This document shows positions 14,213 through 28,161 of a DNA stretch of 64,000 bases, piece by piece. Every line of letters begins with the position of its first letter. Within the stretch, counting starts at the first letter, position 1. The DNA is from Camelus ferus. Taxonomy: Eukaryota. The position numbers and the translations under genes were made by a program. Under the pieces are notes generated by a model. It saw only the letters and a program-made list of their open reading frames with translations. It had not been told where the DNA came from and searched no databases. The DNA is taken from contig NC_045697.1 of assembly GCF_009834535.1 (NCBI RefSeq), forward strand, positions 38,256,001 to 38,320,000. The letters run 5' to 3'.

Positions 14213-16114
14213 CTAACAACTGTGCCTTCCAGCTGTGAGGATAAATCACTGCAAAATCAACTATGTGAAATAAAAAGAAGTTATTCTAAGACTTTGATTC
14301 ACTTATTTGTTCTTTTACTAAATAGTTACAAATAAGCTGAATGAATAAATGAATGCAAGAATGCCTGTGACGTGGTAGTCACTGTGCATCATGTAGCCCG
14401 AAAGAATGGCAGACGGGAAAAACATGGCTCCGGCCTTTATGAAACTTACAGTCTAGGAGGGGAGAAAAACAGAAAGCAAAGAAGCACTTAAACAAATATC
14501 TAATTAAATTTCAGTGACAGTATTGCTGATGAGTTGTTCTGATTTTCTATCCCAGTCTTTTTTCTCCGTAGGAAGACTAAAACACCCAGGAAATTTTTTA
14601 AGTAAAAGCTGAAAATAGTCCTCTGAAAACCTACCTCCTATGATGTGAGCCCATTTACACATTCCCTGGATCAAAGTGGAAAGTAGTTGTGTCATATTGA
14701 CTCCACCTTCTGCCTTTCGCATCCAATTAGGTGCCACAGCTTATTCATTTTATCATCCAAATACATCTTACATTCATTTCCTCGTCTCCATTTTCCATAC
14801 CCAAAAGCATAGTACTAGTTCTCTGGTCCTCTTACCCAAATTATTCTAATAGATTCCCAGAATCACAAACAGAATAGGAGATACTAAAGTAGGAAAAGAA
14901 CCTAGAGATCACTCTTCAGGTAAGGAAACAGGCTCAGAAAGGCAAATGTCTCACCCAGGATCCCCACAATTCAGCCTAGCTGCAGACATGCCACTAATTT
15001 TTCTTAGAGGAGCCACAAAAGATGCTACTGGCTGCCTGCTTTACAGTCACTCTTTTCTCTCTTACTTACTCGCACACCTTCTAAAACTTAGGCAAACTGG
15101 GCTACATGCTGTCCTCCCAAACACCCCCTGTGCTTCACTGATCAGCGTTGTCATTCACAGCGTTCCTTTCACAGAATAGGCTCCTCCACTTTCGTGCTCG
15201 CCTCTCATCCTTCAAGCTCCAGATCCTCCCCCATAGCACTGTCTCTGACACTTTCCAGGTACAAATATCTTTTCTGTATTTCCTTTTCTTTTGTGCCATT
15301 TATGACTTTTAAACATTTATGATAATTATTTAGTGTACTCATCCCTATCAGATTATTAGCTTCCTGAGGATAGGAAATTCACCTTCCCAGAAACATGCTT
15401 TGCCCTAGTAGGTACCAAGTAAATTTTTCTTTGTGAGTAAAGGAAGAAATAGCACTAAAGTGAGCTCATTTTAAAAGTAATTTGGACCAGGAGTTGGTGC
15501 TGACTCTCATGGAAACAAAGGTCTGAATGAGCTGCAGGAGGGGAAAGAAAGGAGGGAAAGAGACTTGTTGGAAGTGTCAGGAACAAGCACAGATGCTTTT
15601 TCTCTTGCCGATGATAGCAAAGTTCTTAATGGAAGATGATCCCAATCAATAGAGCCAGACAGCTGATTTATATAATGGAATCAAGCTGAAGTAGTGGTCT
15701 TCCTCTGCAGAGTGATGCGATAGGGGAAAGGCTACTAGACTAGGGAAACCAGGTGACTCCACAAGTGTATTTGCTGGTGTTCATAAATATGTTCCCCATC
15801 AACAAACCACAGGAGAGCTCCAGAGAGCAGCCTCCTTGAGCCTGGATGCTGGAGAGTGACGGTGGGGCTGGTGCGGCTGCTGTATTTTGGCTGCTGCCTC
15901 TGCTGCTGTCACTGGGCAGATACCGCAGTGAGGGGTCTGACCGCGCTGAGTGCTCTCGGGAGCCTGGGTCTGGCTAGGAATGAGAAGTTAAGAGTCAGGG
16001 TTGGGAGGTGGGCGGGACTCACCAAGGAGCTGCGGACCAAAACAAGAAATCTAGGGAGCAGGAGAGGAAGAGTGAGCTGGAGCCAAGATCGCAGGCCAAG
16101 TGGAAGTGGAGGAA

Positions 16115-16235
16115 ATGTCATCATTGGTAAAGGAGGACTTGGAGAAGAAACTGTTCAAGCCACTCTCGCAGAATCTGTACGAGTTTATTGAAATAGAGGT
16201 CTCGGTCCAGGACAGGTATTATCTCTGTGTGTCAG
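16115..16235 (+). CDS. EXOC1L: EXOC1-like protein, coding exon 1 ([10 protein letters not shown]...YYLCVS, ends in phase 1)
   Basis: gaaATG at 16115; donor CAG|GTAATC after 16235; aligns to the first coding exon of EXOC1 (YLCVS vs FLCAT). Confidence 0.9.
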
Positions 16236-19200
16236 GTAATCTGTGCTTTCTGTTATCATTCCAAAATGTAAATAACCCAAAGATGCTTGGGTGATAGAGG
16301 GACAGTTTTTTGATGTTTCTTTTCGTATGCAAATAACAGCACATGTATCTTCTTGTAATGGATCTTAACTACACCAAGATTAACATTTAGGAATCGACAG
16401 GATTGTTTTTTTTTAGGTGCTAAAATGAAAGGCAAAAAATATTGTCAAGAATGTTTAGATTAATTGTTCAGAAATGAAACTGGGTATATACTTTTCCTGA
16501 TTTGATTATTTAGTCCCCAGTCTCTTATTTAATTCACTTGCATGGCATGCAATTTTATTGTGTAAGAGCTCATTTTAAAAAATTCAACAGAGAGCTTTCT
16601 GTATATTTTTAAACATATTGGAGAATTGAGCTGTACAGCTCTGTTTCCAACCCGTCTGGACAACTAGGGTTCTCTCTTTTCATGCTAGGAAAGAAAAATA
16701 GATCTTAGATTTTCTTCCGACGTTTATTTAGACTTCCTGGGGCTTATTGTGAAAAGAGAAATTATCTTTTAAAAATTCTTTCTCACAGTATGCTCACAGA
16801 AACAATGTTTTAATGGCAGAAGTTAGTTCATGAGATGGAAGTTTAAGGATAAGGAAATGTTCTCTAAACTACTTAACTACAATGAGGATTTTCCCTTATG
16901 TTTTGAAAATGTGTGAAAATTGTCCAAAAGTGAGGAATAGGCTTTTGCACTTAATTATTGTTTGTCTTACCTGTAATTTTTGTGTGGAATTTAGACAGAA
17001 ATGCTTGTGCATTTCAAAAGTTGTGCCATTATTGAATTTAATATTCAGCATTCCTTTTTCCCAATCTATACTTTTTAATACTTGTCAGGGGCTTAGGAGG
17101 AAAAAGCTTAGAGACTATGGTTTCATTGTAGACTTTGCTTTTTAAGGTACACCATTCAGCGTCTTCAGAAAACTTGTTATAATTCCCTTCCTGGTAATTT
17201 GCTTAGAAGAACTTTCAAAAGTTGTCAAATGGGAGTACTGTAGAGGGGAATAGAACATCTTTAAAGAAAGTGCTAAGAATTCTTTAAAATTCTGGAATTC
17301 CTAATAAGTATACTAATATTTACTTAATAATAAGAATAGTAACATTTATCTAATACTCTACCTAGTATATTTTGGTATATAAATAAAAATGTGGAGCTTG
17401 GCATATCAGCAAGGTAAAAAACTTAAACAGTCCAGAGAAAAGAAAGAAATCAAATTATGGGAAAAGGTCAAGTGAAACAGTTTCAACTGTATTATATTCA
17501 AACTACTGTATCTTAAAGTATTTTGACTTAATATATTAGAGATATGCTTATTCCAACATGAAAACTTAATAATTTTATATCTATTGTAATCCTACTTGAT
17601 AAAGCTAATTACTCATCATGTAACATTAGTGTATAAGTATTTTTAAAGAAAACCTTATAAAAAGTAAAACAATTACAATAATGTGTATGTATTTACCAGG
17701 CATTTTTTTATTTCCATCTAACTTACCAGATGTATCTTAATGCCCCCCTCCAACTATATAATTAACTAAACTTGTTCTATCTGGCATGGGGGAGGGAAAT
17801 GGTCTTAGAATTAAATTTTGGGAAATGGATGTGATTTTTTTTCCCCAGTATCCTCAAGTCCTGAGAAGGACACTGTGGGCTGGGATCAGCTGCTGTCTTC
17901 TTCATAAATGACGTGAATCCTTTTAACTAGGATTAGAAGATCAAGGGGTTTGCATTGTTAGCATGTGTGAAGGCAACCTCTTAGGGTTCAATGTTCTCAC
18001 CTGGAAAATGATCAAATAAAATAGGTGATAGCTTCCATTAGTAACATTCAGTGATACTATCATGTAAGAAGCAAGGAAAAAACAAGGTCCTCTCAGGTGT
18101 GAGGAAGAGAAGACAAAAGTGTGATATTCCAGGTAAAAGTTAACCTTGTAAGTCATGTTCATTTACTAACTTCATGACTCTCGTCTATATCACATCTGTC
18201 AATTTGAGAGCACTTTCCCCAAAAGTAGCATCTCTTTATGACCACTTCAAATGCATTTAGACAGAACAGTTATCTAAAACAAAGTCAGCGTGATGCTTGC
18301 TAGAGCTAAATCTTTGACCACCCTTTACTCAGAGAATCTCCATGGATAGGACTCATCACAGTTGCTGAGGCAGGTAACTCCAGATTTTGAATGTTGGTCA
18401 CCTTCTGGGAGTAGACAGACATGTAGTTATGATTTCCTCTTTATATCCTACAATCCACCAGCTCTAAATCTGTGAGAATCAAGAGTCTAGAGCAGTTAAA
18501 TATCATCATGCATTTTTCAAATTAAAGAAGATATGTTTAAATAAGCTAAACTTTCTATTTATTGATCAGAGTCTCTCTTTTGCAGGGGTCTCACAACCAG
18601 ATGATTGTGATTTACTGTTACCTTGATACCTTACTTGGCTTGTGTCAAAAAGCATACTTCCTAAATTCAATCTCCCTCTCTATAGTTTGCTAGGATTTAA
18701 ACTGAGGATTTCCTGGCATCTCAGTTACCTCCCACCACAGGGTTTGTATGGTCATTTCCCTTTGGAATTAGCTCCCCCTAACCTAGAACATCATTATCTC
18801 TGGCAGTTAAAAGCAGCATCTTCTAATGAAGGATAGAGGAGCTTTATTCTGTGAGAGTGCAAATGAATTAAAGAAACTCTGAAGGACTTGAAATTGCATA
18901 TAAAGCATCAGTCATAATTGGATGGGAAGTAGCAGGGTGTGGTGAAACAGACCTTGGAATGCTAGTAATCAGGCAGATCTGGTGTAAAACATGACTCTGC
19001 TTCGCCCTCCTGCCAGCTGTGAAGTCTGGGGCAACACTCTGGTCTCAGTGTTGACCTCTCTGGAACGGAACTAGTAACACCTAATCTGAACTTAGTGCTC
19101 TCCTGTTAAATCCTAACTAGGAGAAAAACAAACACAATAAATTCTACCCCAAATAAGTAAAAAGAAGGGTTATGTCCTTAAAATATACAGAAAAGAATGT

Positions 19201-19589
19201 ATCTATTGTGAAAACATGCATGTAAACATATATATAACTAGTATATACTGTAAATAAATATTTATAATAAAATACACAGTAAACATATATGTTTATGTAT
19301 TATATATTTTATAAATAAAAATTGTAGACATATTCAGATACAGATTATTTTTTAAGTATTCTCATTTTTTAGAAAAATATTCTCCACTCATAGGTATTAG
19401 TTTGAAAATAAATGGCATTTGCTAGAATTACAAAAATAGTATGCATAAATTCTCTATACATATTACATTTTGATTCCAGAAAAGAACTTCTCTGTGAACT
19501 ATGGATTTGAATAATTTTGTCAAATCATTTATAATGTTAACAGTAAGAGGATTAAATAAGTTAACAAGAAAAAGAAACAAAATACTAGC

Positions 19590-19907
19590 AATTGAGTGGC
19601 TTATAAACAACCATTTATTTCTCACAGTTCTGGAGGCTGGAAGTCCAAGAACACCAGGCCTGCAGATATGGTGTCTGGTGAGGATCTGCTTCCTCATAGA
19701 CCATCATTTTCTCCCTGTAACCTTTCAGGGAGGTAAGGGCAAGGTATCTCTCAGGAGTCTCTTTATAAGGACACTAATCCTGTTCATGAAGGCTCTGCCC
19801 TCATGACCTAGTCATCTCCCAAGGACCCACCTCCTAACACCGTGATCTTGGGGGTTAGGACTTCAATGTAGGAATTTGGAGGGGACACAAACATTAAATC
19901 TATAATG
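19590..19907 (-). mobile_element. MaLR LTR (MLT1A-like) in EXOC1L intron 1
   Basis: ctcacagttctggaggctggaagtccaag ... ttataaggacactaatcc ... gggggttagga. Confidence 0.75.
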
Positions 19908-22900
19908 CCTAATACAGCCCAAAGATTTGTTTTGATAAAAATATTTCTAGAAAAAGTATTTGAAAGTTACTTTTTTGATGAAATCAACAATAGCATTGTT
20001 CTGCCAAATTATATTGGTTCCATTGGCCAATCTCCTTTCCACTTAGCCTCATGAATAATGGTGGCTGTTTTACCACAATAACAGAGGCAGTTATTGACAA
20101 CAATGTTTATTTTTAAATTCACAGTGAAAATAAAATGGTGGACATGAAGTTAAGACTGTCATTCTGAAAACTGCTAACTGAAATAGTAATACTGGAGCAG
20201 GTTCATTCTGAAATTCCTTGGGTGTATAGATGCCACTAAATCATAATTGGATAATGGCACATCTGATGTTACTGAAACCAACTCTGTAACATTTTGACGA
20301 TATAAACACATTTCTGTTTTAAGACAATGTGCTAAGTTCCCACTTTGCCACTGCATTAATGTGGATATGGCCATTTAATTTTAGCTGGCAGCAGAGCTCA
20401 AGCATGGAAATTAGGGATTGGGTCCACTCCAGCCTGAGCAGACTTCTTTGACTCTTGGCTAAAGACAGTTCTTGGAACCCCTTGGCTACAGAGGAGACGT
20501 TTTGCCAAATTAAAGAGGCTGTACTGTCTCTGTGCTACATCATTGTATCAAAAGGTTAACTTTTAAAGCAAGCTTTTTTACTTTCTTAGTTTGTTGTTAG
20601 TAAGACAGTAACTATTCGTGTAAGAAAGCTTGATAACTGGTAGATCCCCCCTTCTTAATCTTTCTCTGTTCCCTCCCTCCAATTCATCCTTTCCAGAATT
20701 GCCCAAGAAAACTTTCTAAAATCTAAAGCTCAGCTTGAGCTTTAGATTTACTAATTACTTAAAGTCCTTCAGTGACAACACCCTCCTCGCCGCCCCCATA
20801 AATCTTCACACCCATAGCTTTCAGGATGATCTTTGAATTCCTTAACCTAGCATTCTAGACCCTTCAGGAACTAGCTTCTGCCTACCCTGCTTCCCACCAC
20901 CTATTCACCCCTACACCTCATGCCAACAATACTAGATACCTGTAATGACTCAAAAGACTCAAGTATTTCGTGCTTTTGTACACACGCTGTTCCAGAACTC
21001 CCTCCATTCCTTTCTTCATTCTGCTAACTCCCACGGCCCTTTACAACTCAGATAACCTCCTTCAAGAAGCTCTCTCTGACCTCTAGTGGGATGAAGATGT
21101 TCCTTCTTCACGTTCCTATGATAGCCTGTCTATGCCTCATTCACTGCACTGTAATCATGTATTTTCCTTCTGAAGCCCCACTCTCTGTAATCTCAGCGAG
21201 AGCAGGAATGGGGTCATAGGGAGAATTCATTTTCTTCAGTGCCTAGCACAGGGCCTCACACAAAAGGGTCTGCAGTCAATTGGTTGGTTATCATAACATG
21301 TAAGTGAGCCAGCGGAATTGGCTTCAAATCACATTTTTATACAGTATTCAGTTATTTCTCCACATCCCCACCCTCTCCCACTTCCTCAGCACCCAGTGAG
21401 ACAGCTAGCCAGTTCAAGAATATCATCAGTTGGTTCGGAGGTAGAGCCTTTGTCTGGACAGACAACTGCCTCCTGGTGGAAAGAACTGCCTCCAAGATCT
21501 TTGTAGTAAGTGTAACACAATCCACTTCAACACACCAGCCTAATGGCTTCTTTTCTCCTTTCCTCTTCCCAAAGCTAACATCTAGGCCAGTGGAAATGGA
21601 TCTCTTTAAGGGCTGGAGAAGTATACATGGATAGGAACCCACTAACTTTTGCATACAATTTCAGGAGACTCACAGACTCTGAGCCAGTTTTCTTACCCAG
21701 GGATAAGATCTTCTACACTAGGTCCCCTCCAGGACATGTGCCTCAGTCATTCCTCCGGTCCTCAAAATGTGCAATCTCTCCTCTTCCAAATTCTTGGGGT
21801 ATGTGATCCAAATGATAGCCTTTAGTCTCTTCCTATTTCTTTTTCTAAAGCCTGCCCAGCCCAGCAACTGGCAAGCCATACACACCCAATGTTCATTAGG
21901 ACATGAGGGAGCCCCCCACAAGCTGTCTTCTGCCCTTTCCATTCTAGAGAAACTGCCCTCATGAAAGAAATCAATTATCTTCCCCAAGTCAGATTCAGTG
22001 CCAGAACTGAGCTCTGCTTTTTACCCAACCAAGTGACTTCAGGAGATTGTCTCCAAATCTTTGAAATCGTTGATTTCTATGGCATTGCACTGGAGGCTTG
22101 TCTCTTTTCTGATGGCATCTTCTCAGACATCGCTGCTGGCATCGTCTTCTTCTCCACTCTGTCTCACCTCTTTCTTCTCCTCTTTTCCCTATAAACCTAG
22201 TCTTGGAAACCTGTCTACACAGAAAAATTCCAAGTCTGTATCTCCATTCCTAAACTATAAACTTCCATCTCCTTCTCTTCTGAGATAATTTATGGACACC
22301 TCTTCTGTATATCAAAAACCACACTCACCATTCCACCCAACCAGCTCAGCCTCCATACTTCCCTAGTTTGGGTTTCTGTCTAGAGTTATTTCCCTTCAGT
22401 GTTGTCCATGCCTTGTTTGAAATCTTACATAGATTTGCCACTTCTATTTCTGTTGCCCACATCCTATGCCTGGATTACAAGAACAGCCTCATGAAACAAC
22501 AACAACAACAAGATGAACAATTACTATAAACCAGGCACTATCCTAAGGCACTTATATACTTCATCTTTCATCTTTATACACTGTAAGTTTGTATCACCCT
22601 GATGTCCACTTTACAAAATGAGAAAACTAAGGTTTAATCTCTCTCGAGATTGAGTAATTTACTCAGACTGCACCACAAGAAATAATGTCATGATTTGAAT
22701 CCAGACTGTCTAATGCCAGAGCCCACTAAGACATCCTGCCTCTTCTAGGGACCTCCAGTTCCTTTTTCTTTTCCTCTTCAGTATATCCTGGGCATCACTG
22801 ATTCCAGAAAACTACTCCTTTTACAAGGTGCCACAGTATTAGTCTCCTGCTCAAGGAGGAAAGAGATTTATTTAATGTGTATGACTCGTTGAGTCTTAAC

Positions 22901-24432
22901 TAAACTCTGGACACAGTGCCCTCTTCTTAGATTTGTCAACCTGCTCAGAATTCCTTCCCTAGGAGACTGAACTCAGCTCCATTATGAACTCTAAGCTCAA
23001 CTGGTTGCCTGAATTTCAGTACCGCCTGTACTTTCAGCAGATAATTACTCCCCTCACCAGTCCCAACTCAGGAGCCCTCACTCTCCAGGCCAGCCTCCCA
23101 TCCCTTCCACTAGAGGCGGGATTCAGACATCAAACATCTGCAGTGGTTTCCATCATTTTTCAAATCATTTTCACAACCTTCTCAACCTGGTTAATCTTAT
23201 TGCCCACCATGTCCTAACACCAACCAATCTATGTAGTCCACTCTCTATTTCTGCCTGGTGAAGTTCAGTGTCTATTGTCCCCTCCTTTCATCGTGTCCTT
23301 CACCTGGAATGCCTTTAGTATCATCCCTGACTTTCTAACTGGACTAAATTTAAAGTTCTAGCTCCAATTCTACTTTTCTCATAATTCCTTCCTTAACTAT
23401 TCCAGTCCCTTCTCTTCTCCGAACTCCTGTTGAACATAGTGTCTGCTCCACATTGCTTATCTACTACTATGATTATATTGTAATATATTGTTTTATATCT
23501 TCTTAAGTAGGAGAGCATGCCAAAGTGGTACTTTCCAAAACCAAAAGAGAACCTTCCTCAAAGACAAATTCCAGCCTCCCTCTTAGAAGACAGAACCAGC
23601 TTGCAACTTTCTAAGTGACATCACCCATCTTGAAAGAAATTTAAGATATTCAATTCCCACTGCCACTTCATTATAACATACCTGTATACCCTTATAATAT
23701 ATATCGTATGTGATGTATGTGTGTTAGCCTTTGCTCTTCAACAAAGCCATAAGTTTCTAGAGGGGCCTTGTCTCATACTTGTACCCTCTGTGGCATTTGT
23801 AATAATTCTATCAGGAGAATAGTGGATACCCTTTTGAACACTAGGATTTTGGAGACACATTAAAGAGGTGTAAAATTTTCAAACAATACCAAATAGGTCA
23901 ACAGTAGCTGTGTTGCAAGCACTTCTACAACAAAAATCTAACAGTAGTATCTGCATGGTCACTCTTCAACAGCAGGTTGCTGTGTGAGCAGAACTTTTTA
24001 CTTTCCTGACCTCATTTTCTTATATTGTCATAAATTAAAATTCCAACTTGTTCTGGTAAACACTTTGGCACTGACTGTATGCTAATGCTAAGCCTCTCAT
24101 TTCCTGCCCTGAGTTGAACCCCATTCTCCACCACAAAGCTCACAGCTGAAAGCACATAGCTTGGTATTGTACCTGACAGGCATTACTGTGGCAGGGTGTA
24201 ACCACAACTGTAGCAAAAATAATGTTAACACACTGAGCAAGTTTGAGGGAAATTTGACGGAATGCTTATGAAGGCTCAGATACATCAGGGTTCATAACTG
24301 GGGTGCAGATATAAGGTATGTTCAAGCTCATTATACAAGAAGAAAGTACATAAATACTGAAAAGTATGGGTTGATGAATAATTTATTATCTTCTAAGAGT
24401 CTATGTAAACTAAGTGTTTTTCTATCCTACAG

Positions 24433-24563
24433 TGACCAAAAATAAAGAAGTAAAAATAATTATGGTGAAACACTACAGAATAGGTTTAGATGAAAAATAT
24501 GAAGTAACAAAAAAGTGGTCTTTGAACGATCTACAGATGATTGATGGAAAAGAAGCAGATACA
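24433..24563 (+). CDS. EXOC1L: EXOC1-like protein, coding exon 2 (131 nt; VTKNKEV...KEADT)
   Basis: Acceptor cctacAG, donor ACA|GTAAGT. Same length and phases as EXOC1 exon 53705-53835; WSLNDL vs WTLRDL. Confidence 0.92.
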
Positions 24564-26695
24564 GTAAGTGTTATGTTTTGTAAGGGAGATGTGGAATCAA
24601 TATGCTGGAGATCTTTATGTTCAATATCCTACTTCATATATTTTTGGCATGTATTAAGTGTTAAGATGACATATGGTTCTTAAGTGGTATGGCTGAACCT
24701 ACTGGGATGATCTACTGTTTTTTTTTTGTTTTGTTTTGTTTTTATAAGTTTAAATCTGGATTTTGCCTATTAGACTTAAAAGCATCTTTCCCAAGGGCTT
24801 CTTAACAGGTTAAACACAATCTTCCAGTCAGTTCTGCAACTTTAAATATATGATGCTCCCACCACCACTACTCTCTCCTCACTCTGATTTCCTCCATAAG
24901 TTTTGGGGATTCCTTCTCTCATCTTCAAATTTTGCAGTTGGTCAGCCACCTGATCCTCCAGAAGGATCAGTAACTCTTGGAAGTCCTACAACCTTAGTGC
25001 TGAAAGAGAGAAAAGAGGGTGTACTTGAATTTCTCATGTGACCACTTGAAAGTGGTTTTTCCAGTCTCCCTTTGAACTCTTCTACTGATGGAGGGAATTC
25101 ACTACGAGGAACTCCATTCCTTCTCTGAATTACCATTCTTTATTTTCACATTTCCTTCTTACCTTTAACCAAAATCTGCTTCACTCTAACAGCTTCCCAT
25201 CAGTCCTAGTGTTGCCATTTGGAGCAACCAGAACAAATCCAACCCTCCTTTCATGTAGCAACCTTTCCAAAATTTGAAGATGATTATAATGTTCCCTCAA
25301 GTTTTCTATTTTCTAGGGTCAATATATCCATTTCACTCTTTAAATAACATTCATATGCAGATTAAATAAGATAATATGACAGGAAAACACAAACACTAAG
25401 AGGTAATAGCACTGTTGTTATTTTTTCCCATGACATTGCCTCAACACCCTTTACCATGCTATTTCCTGTCCTCTGGAATGCTCCAGTTTTTCCAGAATTA
25501 AATACAATACATTAGAATTAGTGTGACCAGTTTGTATTTCGTTGACCCAGATTCCTTATTTCTATTAAACCCTTAACTGAGACCTCAGGTCTTTGGGTCA
25601 TGAATTACCATTTAACCTGGTCTGCCACTCCTTCTATGTATATAGAATAAAATCTCAATAAAGGCCCCTGATGATCTGGCCCCTTTATCTCTGGTCATTC
25701 CTCCTTAAACTTATATATCCACAGTGTTTGACTACTGATTCTTGGGGCTTAAAATGCCCAATCACCTCTATCCCTCAACCCATTCCCAGATTCCCTGTGG
25801 GATAAAGTCCTACTCATGTCCCCCTGTCCTATAACCCCACTGCATTGTGGATAAAAACAGTCCAACAAACTGCAGTAATTGGCTTACTCTGTCTCCCCCC
25901 TGAATGGAAAGCTCCTAGTAAACAGCAATGATGACCTTTCACCTTTTAGTGTAGTCTTCTGCCTGATAGATTTTAGGCACTCAGTAAATATTTCTGTTAT
26001 TGTCGGATGAGTTAGAACTTAAACTCATTTATCCTTATCCTCCTAATGCCATATTTTTAGTTTGGCCTGTTGTTCCCACCTATCAAATCTTTTAATATTT
26101 TGAGTTTTTAATATTCACTGTAGTATGACACAGAGTAAATGAGCACAACATTTAAGACTTTATTCAAGTCAATAATAAAAATGATGAAGAGGCAGGGCTA
26201 AGTGCATACCTCTAGGTAACGGATAGATTAACAGCACTACTACTATTACTACTACTACTACTACCTGCTACCATCTCATACTTAGTAAACCCTTATCAGG
26301 TGCCAGGAACCAGGCAAAGCTCTTTCCATATATAATTTCACATAATTGATCACAAAAACCCAAGAATTAGACTCTATTATTACTCCTGATTTACAGATGA
26401 GGAAAATGAGACATAAAGAGACTAACTGACTTGCTGGAAGTCAAATAACTATTTAGTGATGGAGCTAGACTTTACCTTGAAATCTCTTCATTTGTCTTCT
26501 TTGGACTGGTCATTTGCCATCTCTACAATTTCATATACTCAGTCATGCACTGAGAATTTACAGTATACCATGGTAGGCTCTGAGGATACAATGGTACGTT
26601 AGACAGACACTAGCACTTAATTCTGCCTTATTTAATTATCTAGTCTGAATATCTAAATGTTGCCCTTAAGATCTTTAATGAAATCAGTACATGTT

Positions 26696-26797
26696 TATTT
26701 TTTTAAATTGAAGTACTGTCAGTTATAATGTGTCAATTTCTGGTGTACAGCACAATGTCCCAGTCATGCATATACATACATATATTCATTTTCATAT
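26696..26797 (-). mobile_element. 102-bp L1 3'-end insertion
   Basis: Starts T-rich; flanked by a 15-bp TSD with one mismatch, aaatcagta(c/t)atgtt, at 26681-26695 and 26798-26812. Confidence 0.75.
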
Positions 26798-28117
26798 AAA
26801 TCAGTATATGTTATCTGCTATTGCCTTATCACCTACGAATCCTATTTTTAAAATCTTGTGTGTTTGGCATGACTTCTTAGTGAAAGCATGCTGGATTTTA
26901 TTGCTTTCTTTCCTAAGTAATCACAGCATTTTTCAATACATTCTACCTAAATGTTCAACACTTAGGAAATAATTAAATATGTTTTTGCATGTCAGTATGC
27001 TGGAACATTACATAGCTATTAAAAATCATGTTTCCCAAAGATAGCTTAGAACACAATTGTTCACCATTTAATATGTTTTTTTAAAGTCAGCCAAATACAA
27101 AACTTTTCCATAATATTATCTCATTCTGCATATTTAGTCTATCATAGTATGAAAATTGAAATCTGAACCTTATATTTTAATACAAAAATATATATAGGTA
27201 TATGTATGTGTATATGTATACATGAAACAAATCACTACTTTGACAATAATTAGCTCTGTGTAATAGGATGACAAATTTTGAAATTACTTTCGTCTATATA
27301 CTTTTATGTATTTGCCAAAATTTCTATACTGCATTGAATTTTACCAGAAATCAATGTCAAGTTCACTAATCTGTAGTTTCAGGAATTAACCATCCCCACC
27401 TTCTTTTCTGATCACTTTCTTATTTTTTCTCTCAAGTTCTCAAATATTACTGATGTCATAATTATTTTTATGCATTTGGTCAGTGCTGGGGGATGAATTA
27501 ATCAATCAACAGATTCATTGGAAGCAGCTAGCTCTGCTTTACTTTCTCTTCACCTTTCTTGCCTTTAATTCCATTTCTATGTTGTTGTTTTTTCCCTCTC
27601 CTATTTGAAGATCATTACCTTTGACAGTGAACTAGATACAAGAGAGAAATTTAGTATTTCTATTTTTCTCATCACTTTAGGACCTAAAATATTAAACGGC
27701 CAGAAGAAAACCTATAATATCCAAAGAGTAATTCCTTTAAAATATTTCTCTTCTGTGGATGAAGTAAAAATATTTCAGTTGTTTTGGGAATTTCCACTTC
27801 TCCTCCCCCCTTGGAATTGAATCCTCAGGAGTCAGCATTTATTATATTTTTCTCAATAGCAACAATACAGTTTTAAACAGAGCTATTTCAAGCCAGAAAG
27901 TTGTCAACCTTAAAATGGAATGGAATTGAAATTGAAGTCAATTTATAAAGCAGAAATCAAAATGACTGGGGATTTGGAGACTGATGTGGTGTAATGAGAG
28001 AGAGGATGATGTAGCAAAAAAAGGGGTTGGGCTGATTGAGATCCTGGTTCTTGTCTTGGCTCTGCCAGTAACTACATGTGTGACCTGGCCTTCACCTCTC
28101 TGGAAACTATTATTCAC

Positions 28118-28161
28118 TATTATATTATATTATATTATATTATATTATATTATATTATATT
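28118..28161. repeat. (TATTA)n microsatellite, ~8 copies
   Basis: Read directly from the sequence. Confidence 0.95.

Noticed and set aside
15856..16191. 111-aa ORF overlapping the EXOC1L start
   Set aside because: GTG start, out of frame with EXOC1L, and no recognisable homology.
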